From Chiloscyllium plagiosum (lineage: Eukaryota), in assembly GCF_004010195.1 (NCBI RefSeq), contig NC_057719.1:84458239-84522238 (forward strand): 64,000 bases of DNA, given 5' to 3'. The translations under genes and the position numbers were made by a program. Shown here in pieces: positions 61,331 to 64,000 of the stretch (positions are counted from its first letter, which is position 1; each line of letters starts with the position of its first letter). Below the pieces are notes generated by a model, which worked only from the letters and a program-made list of their open reading frames with translations, ran no database searches and was not told the DNA's origin.

Positions 61331-62129
61331 CTCAGACTCTCTGAACTTAGGATTGTCTCCCAAATTAAGAAATTTCCTGATTTTAGCTACCTGCTGCACT
61401 GGCGAAAATCCAGCACTCATCTTTTTTTTCCAGAAAAACTATCCCCAGCCTTTTTAATCTTACTAAATAGTTGCATCCTTGTGATTTTGTTATACTCATG
61501 GATAACCATTTTGTACTTTCTCCACTGCTTCAGCATGTTGTTAGTATTACAGAGACCAAAGTACTCCAAAAGTAGTCCATCTAGGGTTCTTTGACTATTT
61601 ACTGTCACCTCCCTTGCCTTTATGTTCCACTCCTCTGGAAATTAACCCCAGAGCTTTGAACTTTCCATGGCTCAATTTGCATTGCTACTTTGTGGTTTAT
61701 ACATCAAATGTCTGAGGTCTTTTTGCTCCTCTGTGCCACTTAGCTTAATACCATCCAACAAATACCTTTTCTCCTTACTCTTGCAATCAAAATAAATCAC
61801 CTCATACTTTGCAAGATTTAACTTAATTTACCATTACTCCACCCATCTGTGAGCATCTTTAGATCTTCCTATTGTTTAGTGCAACTCTCCACATTGTTAG
61901 CTATAACCCCTAACTGGGAATTGCCTATGATAATATTGACACGATATCACCAAATTTGATTCAAAATCTTTTAGGTATATGGCGAACTCAGGTGAGTGGG
62001 AATAGGTGGGAGCAGGAAGGAAGGGCTGCGAGAAATTTGCACACACAGCAGAGTAAATGATGGTCTCAACAAGATATATAACAATAGCATAGAGCTCTCT
62101 GAAGGGGCTCACACTTGATGGGCCAGTTC

Positions 62130-62998
62130 CTAATCCTCTCCAGCAAACATGACAGAGACATAGCTGTAGGATGATATAGATTGGGAGCTAAATCTTGAAG
62201 GATACAGGACAATTACGAGGGATAGGATGATAGGAGCAGGTGGAAGAGTGGCACTATTGGTTAATGGTGATATTAGCACAGTAGAGTGGGATGAAGTAAG
62301 TTTAGGAAACTAGGATGTGGAAATGGTTTGGGTAGTGAGAAGAAATAAATGAGAAATCACTTGTGAAAGGAAAGAAATTTGGTATGCTTGCCTTTACTGG
62401 TCAGAGTATTGAGTACAGGGGTTGGGAGGTCATGTTGTAGCTGTACAGGACATTAGTTAGGCCACTTTTGGAATATTGCATGCAATTCTGGTCTCTTTCC
62501 TATTGGAAGGATGTTGTGAAACTTGGAAAGTATCAGAAAAGATTTACAACGATGTTGCCAGGGTTGGAGGATTTGCGCTACAGGGAGAGGTTGACTAGTC
62601 TAGGGCTGTTTTCCCTGAAGTGTCGAAGGCTGAGGGGTAACCTTATAGATGTTTATAGAATCATGAGGGGCACGGATAGGATAAATAGACAAAGTCTCTT
62701 CCCTGGGGTGGGGGAGTCCAGAACTAGGGGGGGTATAGGTTTAGGGTGAGAGGGGAAAAATATAAAAGAGACCTAAAGATCAACCTTTTCACGCAGAGGG
62801 TGGTCCGTGTTTGGAATGAGTTGCCAGAGGAAGTGGTGGAGGCTAATACGATTGCAAGACTTAAAAGGCATCTGGATGGGTATATGAATAGGAAGGGTTT
62901 GGAGAGATATAGGCCAGGTGCTGGCAGGTGGGACTCGATTGGGTTGGAATATCTGGTCGGCATGGACAAGGTGGACTGAAGGCTCTGTTTCCATGCTA
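62130..62998 (+). mobile_element. CR1 fragments (endonuclease piece and 3' end)
   Basis: LVRPLLEYCMQFWS...RFTTMLPGLEDL; same family as 6052-6740. Confidence 0.88.
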
Positions 62999-63019
62999 AA
63001 TGATGATAGCTTATCCAAG

Positions 63020-63805
63020 AGGTAAAGGCACAAAATGTACTCTGTGTGGGGGATTTAAATGTCCATCACCAAGAGTGGCTCAGCAGCAGCCCTGTTGATT
63101 TTTTTGCCAGTCCTAAAGTGCGTAGCTGCTATACTGGGCCTGTAGCAGGCGATGAGGGAACCAACAAGAATGAAAGATGTACTTGACCTCTTCCTCACTA
63201 ACCTTTCAGCTGCAGTTGCATCTGTCCATAACAGTATCAGTAAGAGTAACCACTGCATGTCCTGCTTTCTCATTAAGAGCATCCTCCATTGTGTTGTGTG
63301 GCACTATCATCATTCTAAATGGGACGGACTTTGAACAGATCTAGCAACTCAAGACTGGGCATCCATAAGGCACTGTTGCCCATCAACAGCAGTAAAATCA
63401 TACTTCAACATGATCTGCAACCTCATGGCATGGCATATCCCCTCTCAACCATTACCAACAAGCCAGGGGATCAACTTTAGTTCGATGGAGAGTGCTGGAG
63501 GGAATGCCAGGAGCAGAACCGGGCATACCTAATAATGAGGTGTCAACCTAGTGAAACTACCGAACAGAACTACTTGTGTGCAAAACAGCATGTGATTGAG
63601 CTAAACAATCCCACAATCAATTAATCAGCCACTCGCCATCCTGACTTTGAAACATATTGCTATTCTTTCACTGTTGCTTGTCAAAATCCTAGAATTTCCT
63701 CCCTACGAGCATTGTGTCTCTATCTACAGCGAGTGGACTGCTGTGGTTCTTGAGGGCAACTGAGCATAGCCAATAAATGCTGGCTGGCCAGTGACACCTA
63801 TGCCC
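63020..63805 (+). mobile_element. Old CR1-group LINE fragment (APE endonuclease region, then deleted)
   Basis: VGDLNVHHQEWL, REPTR...LDLFLTNL, SISKSNH motifs. Confidence 0.6.
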
Positions 63806-63925
63806 CAGAGAAAAAAAACTAGTGGAAGAACTCAGTGCTGAGTGTTGACATCAGCTAAAAAGAGAATTGTAAAATTTGTGCAACAAAATTAAAACTATTG
63901 TGCTTACAGATCTCTCTTTTTATAG

Positions 63926-63998
63926 GATGAAAAGGAATTGGAAAAGATTTTTGACATGCCTCCTTCGTGGGTACAACCAATTGTTATTCCTGCTAAAG
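63926..63998 (+). CDS. DRC7: DRC7 coding exon 8 (DEKELEKIFDMPPSWVQPIVIPAK-); gene continues beyond the window
   Basis: FDMP.SWV..I.I motif; TAG acceptor at 63923-63925; probable donor GT at 63999-64000, with context truncated by the window edge. Confidence 0.88.
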
Positions 63999-64000
63999 GT

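Overview
This is a repeat-dense vertebrate genomic window. The HE1-like V-SINEs, HER1/CR1-like LINEs and Penelope-like elements point to a cartilaginous fish (shark); this is an inference from repeat content. The only host gene I can support is the 5' part of DRC7 (CCDC135, dynein regulatory complex subunit 7) on the + strand. It has eight coding exons (21800-63998, about 390 codons, all GT-AG and frame-consistent) and runs off the window end. A probable non-coding first exon lies near 10520-10616, behind a ZNF143-like motif, four RFX-like half-sites and a CCAAT box. The rest is mostly transposon debris: CR1, Rex1/Babar-like and L2-like LINEs, V-SINEs, a decayed full-structure Gypsy LTR element (LTR pair, PBS, PPT, 5-bp TSD), a Tigger/MER2-like MITE and many Penelope-like fragments. 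The most striking hidden signal is a population of minimal type I hammerhead ribozyme motifs from at least three sequence families with covarying stems. They include a 93-bp TSD-flanked insertion that is little more than an intact hammerhead, and several ~200-bp self-complementary, TSD-flanked ribozyme cassettes. Nearly all ORFs in the supplied track are transposon fragments or noise.
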